From contig MU058584.1 in the NCBI GenBank assembly GCA_013265495.1, positions 1,214,616-1,278,615 on the forward strand: a DNA stretch of 64,000 bases, in the 5' to 3' direction. The stretch is from Vicugna vicugna. Lineage: Eukaryota. The notes under the pieces were generated by a model. It was not told the origin of the DNA. It made no database searches and worked only from the letters and a program-made list of their open reading frames with translations. Numbering within the stretch: position 1 is the first letter of the stretch; the number at the start of each line of letters is the position of its first letter. The position numbers and the translations under genes are program-made. Shown in pieces: positions 1 to 14,038 of this stretch.

Positions 1-541
1 ATGGTGGGGATTTTTGTTGTTGCTGTTCATCACTGTATTCCAAGTACTTAAAACAATGTCTGGCACAGAATAGGCACTCAGAAATGCATTGTCTTCTGGT
101 CTAAACATCTCCAGGAGACTTTTCCTCATTGCTCTGAAATCTTTTCCAGTAAGACTGCATCTTGTCTCTATGAGGGCTCCCCTTGCCTGCAGCACCTGGG
201 TTTAAATTGTTTTCTTATAATAAATGTATTCCTCCAACCCATGTTTCAGACTATAGTTTTGCTACTTTACTGTGTCCTTCCAGGCAGGCATGGGTGAAAC
301 ATATGCAGCTCAAGACCATGGGCTACGTCTCCTCTCATTATTTGAATTCTAATTCAGTTTGTGGCTAGAATCAGACCACTAAGTTGTTGATCCAATTCAT
401 TTGTTAAATGAAAGTGAATAAAATGATCAGGCTGACCAGGTTTTAATGTGGCCATTCAATTCTTAGATGTTCAATTTAAGATAGAAAACACTGACACGAG
501 TAGACATTCATGTATAAAAATAAGTTTAAAGTATTTGGTTC

Positions 542-677
542 TTTTTTTTTTTTTTACATGAAAGGGAGGTAATTAGGTTTCTTCATTGATTTCCGCTTGG
601 AGGAGGCACTGGGGATTGAACCCCGGACCTCTTGGGTGCTGAGCATGTGCTCTGTCACTTGAGCAATACCCTTCCCC
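542..677 (-). mobile_element. tRNA-derived SINE (camelid Vic-1-like)
   Basis: Reverse complement reads GGGGAAGGGTATTGCTCAAGTG...GGGTTCAATCCCCAG...AAACCTAATTACCTCCC + A tail; homologous to the copy at 1896. Confidence 0.85.
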
Positions 678-1895
678 ATTAAAATATTTGAAATAGAAAA
701 GGATCCAATATTTCATTGGAGATGGAGGATTGGCCAGTGGCTATAATTAACGGAGAACTTTAGTTGACCTTCTGGGGATACAATTAATCATTATTAAGAA
801 AATGAATGTCTGTATAAGAACAGTGCTTTTATTAAGCATTGTATGCTACAGACTAAACTAGATGAATTATTTCTAACACACTGATCTCCAACACCTCATG
901 CTACTTCACATTTCATAGGGACCTCTGGGACCAAGGAAGTGGGACATTGAATTGAATTTCTCCATTATGCAGAAAGATCCTTCTTGAAAAACAAAAACTT
1001 GTCCTTAAAATGCTTGACTCCTGCTTTATAGGTGAGTTCAATTACAGTTTTGACCTAAATGTCTAAGTTAGTGGCTCCATGAAGACAGATAGTAGATCAA
1101 ACATGGCATATTGTTTGAATACATCAGAAAAAAATGAACATTTTGGTTATCTTATGGCATAAATACATTCCGTGCAATGTTAAAATGAAGTATAGTCATG
1201 GGCAACATTAGCGAATATCTGATTCAACTCAACAGACATTTTCCGAGCATGTGCTAAGCATCAAGCAAGGCATTATGAATACAAAATGAGCCAGATATTG
1301 TTCCTATGCTTAAAAGGCACACGGGTGGAAGGGAGTTGTGAGATAAGGCAGAGATACACACGAGTGAGTATTATACTCGTAGGCAAACTTTGAAGCACAC
1401 CATAATCAAATTAGTGCACACTCAGAAAATGCAAAGACAGGCTCCATTTTAAATGTTTCACTTGAGTCTTAAAAGATGTTTAAGACTTAGGACAGATGAA
1501 GAATTTCAGGCAAGAGGGATATTATCAAGAAATAAGGTGCACAGGCAAGCATATTGGTGGGATGGCGGTAGCCTACTCTGATAAGAACCTGGAATTGGAA
1601 GGAAGAGGTAATGAGATATGAGGTTGAAAAATTAAGCAGAAGGGAAGTTGATAAAGAGGGCTGAGGAGTTAAGGCTTTATCACATTTTCCATAGGAAACT
1701 GCCAAAGTTTCCTGACAGCAGTGGTGATGTGGTCACATCTGTGTAATAAAAAATTACCTCCATAAAAGTGTGTTGGTTGGACTGTGGGAAGGAGAGAAGA
1801 AAGGCTGTCTCTGCAGTTAGCTGCAGATCACGATGAGTGGTGATAGTTCTACTATGTGCTACCAAATAATCTATGTTCAAGAGACTAGAGATACA

Positions 1896-2054
1896 GGGGG
1901 AGGGGATAGCTCAGTGGTAAAGTGTGTGTTTAGCATGCACAAGGTCCTCGGTTCAATCCCCAGTACCTCCATTAAAAAGAACAGATAAATAAACCAAATT
2001 ACCTCCACCCCAAATTTTTTTAGAAGATTTAAATTTTAAAAAATTTAAAAAAAT
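1896..2054 (+). mobile_element. tRNA-derived SINE (camelid Vic-1-like)
   Basis: A box TAGCTCAGTGG, B box GGTTCAATCC, A-rich tail; TSD AAGAGACTAGAGATACA (1879-1895) / AAGAAAGCAGAGATACA (2055-2071), 14/17 identical. Confidence 0.9.
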
Positions 2055-2108
2055 AAGAAAGCAGAGATACATTTGTATGAGTGTCTTTATATATAGGAGG
2101 AGACATCT

Positions 2109-2136
2109 ACACACACACACACACACATACACACAC
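2109..2136. repeat. (AC)n microsatellite
   Basis: Direct read, one interruption. Confidence 0.95.
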
Positions 2137-4737
2137 CCATTAGTCTGGCAGAGAAGAGCAAATCTGAGAGAGAGAATATTACAATGGTGAAGGACATGGG
2201 TCTTAGAATCAGACGAAAGCCTGACAGTATAACTGTATCCCCTTCCTTAAGATACTTTAACTCTCAAATATAAAATGGAGCTAAAGATACTCACTTTTCA
2301 GTTTTATTAAGCAATAAATATAAGAATGTATGTGAAGGATCTAACCCCGTTCTGGCCTATAATAAGTATACACTAGCTGCGAGCTAACCTCACCACTGTT
2401 ACCACTTTCACTATGTTTACCAATCTGAGGCCCATCCCAAGTCAGTAAGTCAGTAGGTAAAAACATTTACCAGAAGCAGCTTGAGGTCTACAGTCAGGAA
2501 GATTAAACCCCATGCTCTCCATGACAATGGTTTTGCAATTTTAACAAAATAAGATCCATACACAGAACACAGAACCCTCCAGAGTCTGTTCCCAGTTCCA
2601 TTCCCAGAAATGACTTCAGTGAGTAAATACTTTCCAACTCACTCGCAGATTCGCTGTGTACCTGCTAGTTCATTCTGCTGCTCTTGCTCAGGGATGATCT
2701 TCAAAGCACGTAACACAGCAAAGTTTATCCAACATATTGTCCCCCAACTCCTTCAAGTTTATCCTGCAACAGCTTCTATGACTCATGGAGAAAGCAAGCT
2801 ACAAAGGTTACGAGTGATTTTTTTAAACTTAAAAAAAAAAACAAACAGAATTTTCAAAAAATTAGCAGACACAGTAACATTTACAATGAGTGGAAAATGA
2901 AGCAAATTATAAACAGAGAAGATGAGGGGTGTAATTTGTCCTCAACTCTGGTTGTTGACTTACTGCATGCTTGTGCCACACAGAGAGCAAGCAACAAAAC
3001 CTCTTCACTGAGGACAGTAATCCATGAGAGCAAAACTGAAGACCGAAGAATCTCAGAACTCAACACAATGGAGAATCAACCAGGGGGTTTAATTAATCAG
3101 AAGGCTCTCAGTATAACAACTCATCTATAACAAGTCCAATGACCTGGACGTGGAAGAAAGCACTGTCCCAGGCTCCGCTGGCCCTGGAAGGGCCCTGGTT
3201 CCAGAGTTGACATCTAGCACTCTGCCTCCCGACTATCGCCTTGTTCTCATGCCCCATAGAGCATCTTGGATTCACTTCCTTCGCCCTGACTCCCCTATTA
3301 TCTAGATAGATGGGGGTGAGAGAGTGCTGGGGACAGATGGTCTGAGAAATAAAATCTTAGACGATATTATTGGATATACTCTGCTGAATAGATTTCCTCA
3401 AAATAGCAACAACGAAAAAAAATTTTATCCACTAAAAATTCCTGAAATACATCAGAAATTTTGTAGCTTTAAAAGTCTTCCAATATTTGGGGGTGGGGAA
3501 TAATCTATGGTGTTGCTCTTTTCACCCACCTCTACCCACCTTGTTCTCTCTGATAGTTTCTCGTGTACCATTCACTCTATTCACTCATCTGCCTATTGAC
3601 TCCCAAGCATATCCTATACACTTGCTCAAGCAGTCTTGCCCAGAATTCTCTTTCACCCCCTGGTAACTTGGAGGAATAATTCTTCTGAAGTTTCACAAAG
3701 CTCCCGTCTCTTCCAAGGAGCCTTCCCAATTGCCTCTTCTTCTTTTTAAATATGACAATAAGACTCTTTGCTTCTAACAAGTTAGCACTGATATCACTTT
3801 GATTTCACAAGAATTGTAAAATCCTAGAAATCAGGGACCACAACTTTTATATTGTTGCATCTCCTAAAATGTTTGGTATAATGTTTATTGCATCAGTATT
3901 GAGAATGCAAAGTCAAATTCTAGCCTTTACCGTTAGCTTCCAGTGAGAGTTTAAGCACATCATTTCACCTCTTAGAAACTCTGATTTCTCATCTGTAAAA
4001 GTGAGTATAATAATATCAATTTCAAAGGGGGTGCTGTGAGCACTCACTATGCCCGTATGTGTAAAGCACTTAAAACGGCACCAGACCCACTGCATGTGTT
4101 CAATAAACAACAGCTTAAACAATGTCTGTGTTCTGTATGGTGGAGGTGTAGTGATTACCTTCTCCAGATAATGCATTCAAATGATGTCCTCAATCTGGCC
4201 TGCAACTAAAAGCAAAAGAGCCATTAGTGAGAATGAGGACCTAAGCACTTAATGACAATTCTAATCTACAGGAAGAACAGCTCTTCTCAAGGTGAGACAT
4301 TGTTATCAAACCCACTTGTCTCTGTGAGCAATTTACTCTACAATGAGTCTAGTAACACCTGCTTATTCTTCTGGGATTTATTGCAGTGATAAACTTTCCA
4401 AACACTGGAAAATGGAACACTAGTTATCTGGATAATTTAAAGAGAAATTTTGATGGGGAAAATGTGTTTTGCTCTAATCAAGTGAATTGGTGGCTTCAGG
4501 GCTCTTCCCAGCCCTGCAATATGGTGCCATTCTTAGGCCATGCCTTTCTAACCATACTGTCTGAGACACGGGTGAATTTCTATCCCAGATCAATTCAGTA
4601 TGTAATCAGTAACTATTCAGTTTGACTGTCATGCAAACCTACTCAATTAAATTGCATGTCACTCTACCATAACATTTCAAATCATCCATATGCCTCTTTG
4701 GTTATGGAAATTATATTGCAAATTGCAACTGGATTGA

Positions 4738-4741
<4 letters not shown>

Positions 4742-4775
<34 letters not shown>

Positions 4776-4780
4776 TGTGT
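4742..4780. repeat. (TG)n microsatellite
   Basis: Direct read, one interruption. Confidence 0.95.
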
Positions 4781-7700
4781 ATCTCCTTTCCTGGAAAAAT
4801 GGCCACTCCTTCCTGAGTGATCACATTGTATATTACACACAGTTCCTTTACAACACCACCAACACATTATTGCTCCTGAGGGGGGCAGGCAACAACTAAT
4901 ATTTTTTTCATCTTTTAATCCTGCTCTTGGAGCCTAGCGCAAAGCTGGCCCATGGTACAGGATCAACAAATGTTTATTCTCTCAATTAATTCATTTTCTC
5001 AGTTGTCCCTACTCACCAAGTTGCTCTGGGACATTCAGCATATCATGTCTCTGGGCTATGCTTCTGTTTCCTTCATGGAAAAAGGAGTTGAATCTCTGAA
5101 ATTCTATAATTTTATGAAAACAAAGAAACAGAATGAAAAGAGACATTAAATACAATAGGTGTGTCCCTAAGGGCACTCCCAGATTTGTGTGCAGGACCAA
5201 TTCTGGTGCTCAGCTTTGCAGATCTCACTTTCTTCCCACCCATATTTTCTCCCTCAGTACAGAGAGTGACAATGTTAGTAGGAGCAGAGATAAAAATCAC
5301 CTTCTTTATTAGATCTGGGTTAGGCCATCAGGCCCCCAAAACACACAGAGTCACATCTGCCTTGGCTTTAATATGGTTACAGCGTGTTACTGGACCTTAC
5401 CCTCTAATTTCTTAATGAACTGATTACTATCCCAGGGATCAAAGACTCCTGTTGTTTATCTCTACTCTTTTAGTTTAATGACTTCTGACGCTCCATTAGG
5501 GTGTCCTAAGGACTCAGATGGAGTTTTCATTGCCATTCAAGATGAGATGACAGAAAACTCACCAGGCTCTATAATGTCCTACTATGAACCTAAGAGGGGA
5601 CGGGGAACAGCATTATTCTTGTTTTAAAGTGAGCCATCCCTAATCCTTATTTACAGAACCTGTTCTGGCACTGCTCCAGCAGGGAAGCAGAGCTTACTCA
5701 AAAAATTAGGGAAAAGCATTTCCAGGAAAAAGAGAAGGAAAAAAAAAAAAAACACCACACAGCTTGGGAAATACAAATCTTTTATTTCTATCTCCACTGG
5801 TGCTCTTCTTGGAATCTCCATGCCAATAACCTTTCCTCTCCTTAGGATTATAGCAGGAATATAGATACATAAGGTGGAAAGAATCATCTCTATTGATGGC
5901 TGTTCAGTAAAGCACAAAATGCAGTTTTTGGTAAGTTGGATTTGTAATTGTGGCTAGGATCTTAAGCCAACTTGGACCACTTCAACCTAAATATGGCATT
6001 GGCATTAGTAGGAAGACTAGGGTTTGACTAACTCATTCAAATGGCAAAGAAGAAACTGGAAAATGGTCCATCTTCAACAAACAGAGGAACATCTGCCCCT
6101 GTTTGCTTCACGATGGGAGGGAGAGTTGAGACAGCCCTGTCTCCTCTTGTAAAACAAGGGGCCAAAAATACAAGAGCGAAGGAGAATGAAGAAAGTTATC
6201 ACATTGCAATTTGATTTCATAAACATACTGCAAGTTAAGTTACCCCACTGGGCATGAAGCTCTCAAATTTCAAATAATCTACACCTGCTCTCTGCACTGG
6301 AAGAAAAATGAGTGGAAAGAGACAGGAAGTATCCACTCCAATAATCTGCTCTATGGAGAGTAAAGTGTCTCTTCTATGGAAATACAAGAAAGGAAGAATC
6401 AGTTCCTCCTTCTGGAAACTTTCAGGTTGAGCCTTCACTTCTCTACTGTACTACGGTAATAATCCTCTTAGTATGTTTACCATCATTCTTCTAATTTAAG
6501 TTTTTCACAGCATGGAGGAAAGTCTTCTTTTCAGAAGATTAAATCATGCCTCTAACTTTCTACCAAACCTTCAATATTTCCTTGAGAAAGTCACCCACTC
6601 TTTCTGTGTCTCAGTTTCCACTTCTATAAAATGGGGAATGATAGTAATGGGTGTGCAAGTTTGTCCTGAAGGTTAAATGAGTTAATGTCATGAATCACTA
6701 GTAAGTGCTAGTGATTAATCTCCTCATTATATTTATCTTCTGCTGCCTTCTCTCAGCTCCCCCTGGCTCAGTCCATGGTATTCCAATCAGTAGACATGAT
6801 GTTGCCACAGTTCCCAGAGTGATATGGGCTTGAGCCTGGAAGAAGTCAGCTCATGCATTTAATTTAACATGCCTTATAGAGCTCCACTGACCCAGGACAC
6901 CAGGCTCCAGAGATGTCCATTGGGTTCTCTAGCTGAGTCCTACATCTTTCTGCAAACATGGCTTAAGGTGTGGAGGTGCAGAGCTGACTGCTGATCATCT
7001 AGAACAAAGCATGACTAGAGACACAAACTGTGGATTTAATCTTCTGGGAACACTCACTATTGTCATGAAATTACCATAAATTGAATGAAAAGAAAAAAAG
7101 AAATCTGAAGACAAATATGTAAAGATTATCTATACTTAGGTCAATGACCTTTAACCGTCTACATATCTTGAACCTATCATGAATAGTGTCTGATGTATTC
7201 GCACAGCAAACTTAAGAGGCAGTGAGGGTGAGTCGTTGTAGGATCAAGATTAAATGGTTTGTCTGAAGTCACACAGTGAGTTCATTGCACAGCTACAAAA
7301 GAACCCAGCTTACCTAAGCCCCTGTTAAAGAAAAGCTGCTAAAGTCAGGTGTGGTGGGACTGGAGAGAGCCTTCCTGTGGCTGATGCAAGGATGGACTTT
7401 CAAGATTCAGTCTTTGGAGAGGAAATGCCTTTCCCTGCTCACCCCACTACTTTTAAGCTCTTGGCAGAAAGATCCTGAAAAAATAAAACATATTATTAGT
7501 GTTAGAAGAGTGCCAATCTCAGCTGAGCTCTGTTGAGTCTGTAACTCAACACAAGAGGATTGGTAGAGAGGGAGAGAATAAATAACTTCTAAGGTTCTCC
7601 GAGCATTTGAATTTATGATCTATAAAACTCCATCCATAAAAGGGAAAAAAATCTGGACATGTAAAATTATAGACAAGTTCTGCCCAGGGCTTAGTCATTA

Positions 7701-8269
7701 GCAAGGGAGTTTTTCATAAATATAAGATTGAAGGTGTTTCTGGGATTTTAACAAACCTAAATGTTTCAAGCGTAATGGAACCTTACTAAGTGAAAGACAC
7801 TGCACAGAACTTGGTAGGTACTACATCCCTCAACTTATGAAGTTTAGAATCTAGACGAGAAAAAGTTCAACCTTGAAAGATGTCTAGTGATACAATTCAG
7901 TTTTTTTCCCCTCAAGTTACATTTATTTAAGACAACATAACATATATCTGAGGAACTCAATCGTCTTGTCATGCTTATTAAACACCTGAGCCAATATATT
8001 CCTTGAGTTAACAAGGTCTTTGAGGATAAAGGTCGGTTTCTCAGTGGAGATGGAGTCCATGTAAGGATCCCTGAACAAGCAATAGACCTTCTCCAGTCTC
8101 TAAGGAGTTTAGAAACATATCAAAAAAGTTTTACTCACACTTTTTTCATCTTTTAAGTAATAAAACTATGATGAGGAAAATATAAAAAAGGGAAAAAAAT
8201 AGTCACCCTGTAACCCCATCAATCTAACATGCTCTGGTCACACCTTAAGTTTCTTTTGCTGGTCCCTCC

Positions 8270-8445
8270 TTTTCTCAGGAATTCTTAAATATATCAGGGC
8301 TTTGGACTTGATCCTTGGACTTTTCATATTTTCCATCTTCACTTTGTCCAAAGTGATCTCATAATCTCCTGGCTTTAGGTGCCACCTGTATGCTGATGGC
8401 TCCCAAATGTGATTTGGGAGCTCCCAGCCTAGATTTCCAGCTATT
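8270..8445 (+). mobile_element. L2 LINE fragment
   Basis: Matches the recalled L2 motif CACCTGTATGCTGATGGCTCCCAAAT...CCAGCC. Confidence 0.6.
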
Positions 8446-8459
8446 CCTTTATAGTTACA

Positions 8460-9260
8460 CCCATCTCCCTCCTTAGCCTCCAGCAACCACTAACATGTTC
8501 CCCAACTCTATAATTTGGTCATTTTGAGAATCTTATTTAAACGGAATCATACACTATGTAGCCTTTTGAGATTAGCTTTTTAAAAAATTATTATTCAGGG
8601 TAATTCCCTTGAAATTCATTCAAATTGCTCCATATTTCAGTTGTTCATTCATTTTCCCACTATGTGTATACCACAGTTTATTGAAACATTCACCCATGGA
8701 AAGATATTTGAATTATTTACAGTTTTTGTCTATTACAAATAAAGCCTGAAAATTCATATACATTTTTGTGTGGACATACATTTTCATTTCTCTGGGATGA
8801 ACCCCCAGGGATGTGATGGCTGGATTGTACATTTGGTATATATTTATTTTTCTAAGAAACTTCCCAATTATTTTCCAGAGTAGCTGTACCATTTTGCATT
8901 CCCATCAGCAATGTATGAGAGATCTAGTTTTGCCACATCCTTGTCAACACTTGATATTGTCTGTCTGTTTGATTGTAGCCATTTTAGTGGGTATACATTG
9001 GTATCTCATTGTGGAGTTTTTATTTCCTTAATGATTAATATTGTTGAACATCTTTTCATGTTTATTTGCCATCTGCATATTCTGCTTGATGAAATGTCTT
9101 TTCATGTCTTTTGCCCATTTTCCAGTTGTATTCTTTTGGGAATTCTTTAGAGAAGTCTTTTTGTCAACTATGTGTTTTGCCAATATTTTCTTGCTGTCTG
9201 TAGCTTGTCTTTTCATTCTCTTGACAGACTATTTTGCAGAGTAAAAGTTAAAAGTCTCAC
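8460..9260 (-). mobile_element. Old L1 (L1M-type) 3' fragment
   Basis: Minus-strand ORF 9028-9216 (MKRQATD..KILAKH..KWAKDMKRHF..QMANKH) resembles the L1 ORF2 C-terminus; typical L1 text ACCATTTTGCATTCCCATCAGCAATGTATGAG. Confidence 0.9.
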
Positions 9261-12200
9261 TTAACTGTGTTTATTGCAGTATTTTGCAATTGAATTTTTA
9301 CCATGATTATCTTTTTTTGCCCATAATTAGCATCTTACAGATTATGGGTACATGCAAAACAGATTCAGAGATGTCGTTCCAGCCATTTCCTTACTTCATT
9401 ACTTACCTCTGATCTCCAAGTGTACCTGCCTGGTGCACCCAATTTTCTCAATGTCCTACTTTCAACTAGGGGCCAGGAGATAAGCTGAAAGTCAAATTTA
9501 TGTCAGTTAGTGCTATGAGAATGTGCCATATCCCCAGTTGCATATCGTATTCTTTCAGGTGCTTTGTAGAGACAAACTTGAAACAAATAAGAAGTGATTT
9601 GAAAGGTGGTAATTTTTTCTCCATGGACACTGACTGGAAAAAAAAAAATCCAAACTTTAGATTGCTAAAAGAGAAGCACTAAACACGGATTTGGCACTAA
9701 TTGTCTGTGTAACCTTAAATAAGCCACTCCATCCTGAGCCTGGGTTTCCTCACCTGTAAAAATGAAAGGACTGTAGCAAATTTAATGTTCTATAATTCTA
9801 AATCACAGCAGTACACCAGCTGAGTACAAATGTGGATCTCATGTATGATGAAGTTGTTGTGTGATTCTGCTTGAAAGCTTTTAAAGAGAGAATTCAAGCT
9901 ACTGGGTGTGTTTAAATGACTGCTAAGATCCCTCCGGGGTGAGTCAACTTTCTTAGCATTTTTCTAATAAAGGACACAAGGTGTTTTCACTCTGTTTCTT
10001 CTAAGATCAAAGCGTTGAAGCAGTCCTCCTCTTCTACAGATTTCCCATGTCAAGATACCAAAATCTACACACCATTTCTCTGTTTTATTTCTAATCTAAA
10101 TCAACATTGAAAATCAGTGATCAGGAATAAATTAAGGTAGAATGAAACCTGTCTTTCCTAAAGTTAAAGGAAGCTTGAGGGAAGGGAGGGAACAGGAATG
10201 AGAGAGGAGGAAGAGGAAGTTGGTGAAAAGGCTAGGGTGATGATTAATTAGCCAGTAGGCAGATACACATTCATCCAATAAACAGAATTAAGATTGGCTT
10301 ACATTAATCGCAACAGCATCTTTGCTTAAAAGGAACTTCACACAAAAAAAGGTACATTACCTGAGCAATTTGGAAATCAGTTTCAAAAGATGCTTTCTTC
10401 CCAATCTGACATCCCAAGACAGGGGAACAAAGAACACTGCACAACTATGGAGGGAAAAGGAGGATGGAAGTCACTGTCAGCCCAACAATGCTGACATCCT
10501 GGTGCTGGAGGAGACAGAGGCAGAAATGTAAATGCAAGAAACAAGCACACAGAAGTCTAAGGAAACAGCGAGGGTTGATGGGGAAGAGCATCGTCACAAA
10601 ATCATATTGATATTTAGAAAACTGTTCGGGTGATTGGATCCATAAAAGCTTAAGGATCTCTGATCTGAAAGGATTTTGGGGGCAATGTTGCCAGCCACCT
10701 TTCCCTTTTCCCTTTGATCATATTTCTTTTCAACATAATTACTCATTCATCCTTCCGTTTAATCAGCACTTAATGTTTTGAAGTCCTACAATGACCAAAT
10801 ACTATTACAGAACCTGAGAATACCAAGGTGATGAATTAAGACACAATCCTTTCTATCAAGGAGCTGTCATTCTGGTCCATGCTATCTAGATTAGACCACC
10901 AAAGAAAGGGTTACAGAATAATTTGATGTATGTGTGTTTCGTTTTGTTTTGTTTTTGAGATATTTACTGGAGACTATTGAAAGCAAACAGGAAGAATGCT
11001 TATTTCTGCCTGGGTAAGTGGGAAACACACAGGAAGGGGATTTGCGGTTTGGGAGGGTAAGATTAGAAAGGGCTTCGTTGGGATTATTTAGATCTAGAAT
11101 TCCCCCTGGGGAATCTAAGAGCACCAGTTTTGTCCTCTCTGAGGTTTAGAACTGGTGAGTGTGGGGGTGGGGAATCTTCAAAGTCCCAACCTCCCATCTA
11201 TTGGCAAAAAGTTACCCTCTTTCTATTCTAATGTTATTGCTTTCCACACATTCAAAAGTAATACCATTCTACATTCTCTTTTGTATCTATTTTGCTTTCC
11301 AGCCAGGAGATTTACTTGAAAGCAGCAGCATAGATCTTAGGCTCTAGAAGGGATCTCACAGAATGTAACCGGAAGTGACATGTACAGTGAGGAAACTGAG
11401 GCCCAAAGAGAGACAGTGACACACACCCTGGGGTTTTCTAACCGTGTTGGGACTAAACTCTTAATCCAGCTTTATTTCTCCCCAACCCCTGCTATTTTCT
11501 CTCTTAGGCTATACTTACAACCTCCCTAGGGTGCTAGATAATACTTGTATATCCTGGCTGTGTTCATTTTTGCATAAGTTTCCCATGAAGATTTTGCTGT
11601 TTTCTCTTTCAGACATGACCCAAGACCTCAGGCTGGCCTCATTAACTGATCCCTGTGGCACCTTAAAAACAGCCCTCCCTAGGGAGACGCCTGGATCAGG
11701 ATGGCTAGTCCCCAGTGACTGCATTCCCACCAGCCCTGGCCCTCTCCGCAGAACTCAGTGCAAGCAACATGCAGTCTATGTTGAAGAAAATATTTATGCG
11801 TGTAGCCCTTTTGGCTTCTTCCAAAGCCATTAAAAACCTTTGTGGTTTGAATCTGTTCACAGAAGAATTAATTGATGGTTTTGAATGTTATTAGAGAAGA
11901 AACTCAGTTACTCAGGATATTCATCTGGGAATTTTCAGCTTGAGGAATAATATATTTCATATGTTCCCTAAAAAAATAAAAAGTAAAAAAAAAAAAAAGA
12001 CTAATTAATGCCCTCTACAGAAGTTAGCTGTGGGTGGTTGGAAGATGGATATAAATCTGGTGTAAATAGAGATGGCTTAATCATGGCAAAACCCTTTCCC
12101 CTTCTGCATCTTTGTCTTTTGACAGTGACATTCAGAATCCTACAGCCAAAGCCTGCCTTACACAGAGGCAGAAAATTGCAGCTATGTTTAAAAGTGATGT

Positions 12201-13732
12201 GGGAAAGCTAAAAGCCCCCATCTATTAAACGGTTCTCTCTGCTGGCACTCCGTCTGGTTTGGCCTGACACGCTTCTCTTTTAGATGCACACACCTTGAAT
12301 TATTTAACCCAAACTCACAGCCTCACCTTCAGAAAGAGAATACTAAAATGCACATTTTACTACATGTAAAATCGCTAGCATCAGGCAAGGCACGGAGCCA
12401 AAGTGGTCTGTGCATATTATATAGTGATGTTGGCTTATCCCTTCACATGCTGAATTAAATATCTGAACTCCCAGTTTACATCCAGCACTTAAAGAGCTTG
12501 CAGCCTCTGAGAAGAGAGAGATCTATAAACAGATGATTGCAATACAGTGCAGCAAGAAATTATAATGGAGGGAGCCTCAGGTACCTCAAGTATAACGGAA
12601 GAACGTTAGTCTAGCTGGAGACAGAGCAGGGCATGTGACACCTGACTCCTAAATGCCAGTGGGAGTTACTGTGGGATTCCTGGGAGCTGCAGAAGTTCTT
12701 CATCACTCTAGAAGTATAGGCTGGAAAGGGTGACAGAACATGGCATCAGCAAACCCAGAGTGGCCAGCAGGTGGGCAGAGGCTTGTTTCGGAAGTGTGCA
12801 TGTGGGGCAGGAGCCCCGAGCACCGGGTACCCGGGTAACAGACTGACCAAATCCCCTGCCAGGAAGGGAAAACAACCTAGATAAATGCTAGGCAATGGAG
12901 GTCAAGCGCAAGTTCCAAGAAAAGAACACCGAAGGCACCCTCTGGTTGCTTCAAAATATCCTTGTGTTCCATCCTGCTCATAAAGCAGTGATACGTTACC
13001 AGTACACATTATTTCCCTCCCCACTTCTGTGTGTCAACGTACATGTCTGTGAGGAGGCACCACATGGAAGGGAGCTAATATTTTTTTAAATAATTATCAC
13101 TTACTGGGTGATTACATTATCATAATATTTTTATCATAAAATTACATAATATTTAAAATTACAATTTATTAAATAGAATCTTCCCAACGGCAAATCAGTG
13201 AGTTTGGAATTACTAATCTCGTTTTATGTTATAAGAAGACTGAAGCTCAGGAAAGCTAAGAAAGGTTACGGAACTTGCTTGAAGGAATCTAACTGAAACA
13301 GGAATTCAGACCCAAAGTCTACTTTTTTGTTTCATGATGTTGTAACACTTCACAAGTTTTGGAATCAGGCGTATTTGGATTTAAGTTAATAAAAATGTAT
13401 TTGTTCTTGTCTGTGTGATTTTTAAATTTTTATTTCCCTTTCCTTAATTTTATTAATAAGGTCTTTGGCTGGTTTGTTTTGTTTGTGAATCTTATGTAAG
13501 TATTTGCTCCTCTCATTTGCTTATTTTGGCTTTCTTGAGAAAATGAAATCATTGCCAGTGCTCCAAAAAGCATGAGTTCCAGTCAATTCAGTTTAACAGT
13601 TTCACTGAGTAAATACCATGTATTCAAAACCAGTGAATACTCAAGATACTCCTCTTGCCCTGATTTATAATTTTCCCTTCACTTATCACCACCTAAAATA
13701 TATAGTTGTTCATTTGAATACTGTCCAACTCT

Positions 13733-14038
13733 CTCTTTTTTTTTCAGGTTGTGCAAACTGTTTTATATTCTACTTTAAAAATATTCCTACATTTTAATAT
13801 GTGGTATTTAATACCTGGTTCAGTTCCTTTATGTAATACGTGGAACACTGTCACATATTAACAGACCACATAGTGGCTGTTTTTAATGTTCGTGTGCTTC
13901 ATTAGTTTCCATGTCATCAGAAGCAGAACATCCTAGGACAGAGGAGATAAAGCAGTCTAGTTCTGAGCCCTGACCAGGAGACCTTCTGTGACCTTGAGCC
14001 CCTAAATGAGGTGGATCTTAGTCTTTTGGGGGCCATCA
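13733..14038 (-). pseudogene. Orphan retroposed poly(A)-tailed fragment (probable 5'-truncated processed pseudogene of a 3'UTR), inserted in an L2 tail
   Basis: T9 run at 13736-13744; TSD GAATACTGTCCA(A/T)CTCT at 13716-13732 and 14039-14055; poly(A)-signal variant AATATAAA ~20 nt before the tail on the minus strand. Confidence 0.7.

Noticed and set aside
1896..1972. tRNA-like sequence with A and B boxes
   Set aside because: It is a SINE head: followed by SINE body, A-rich tail and TSD, with diverged copies elsewhere in the window
11010..11620. Plus-strand donors (TGG|GTAAGT, CTG|GTGAGT) and an acceptor near 11613 suggesting a plus-strand lncRNA
   Set aside because: No promoter or coherent exon chain found; isolated splice-like motifs are common
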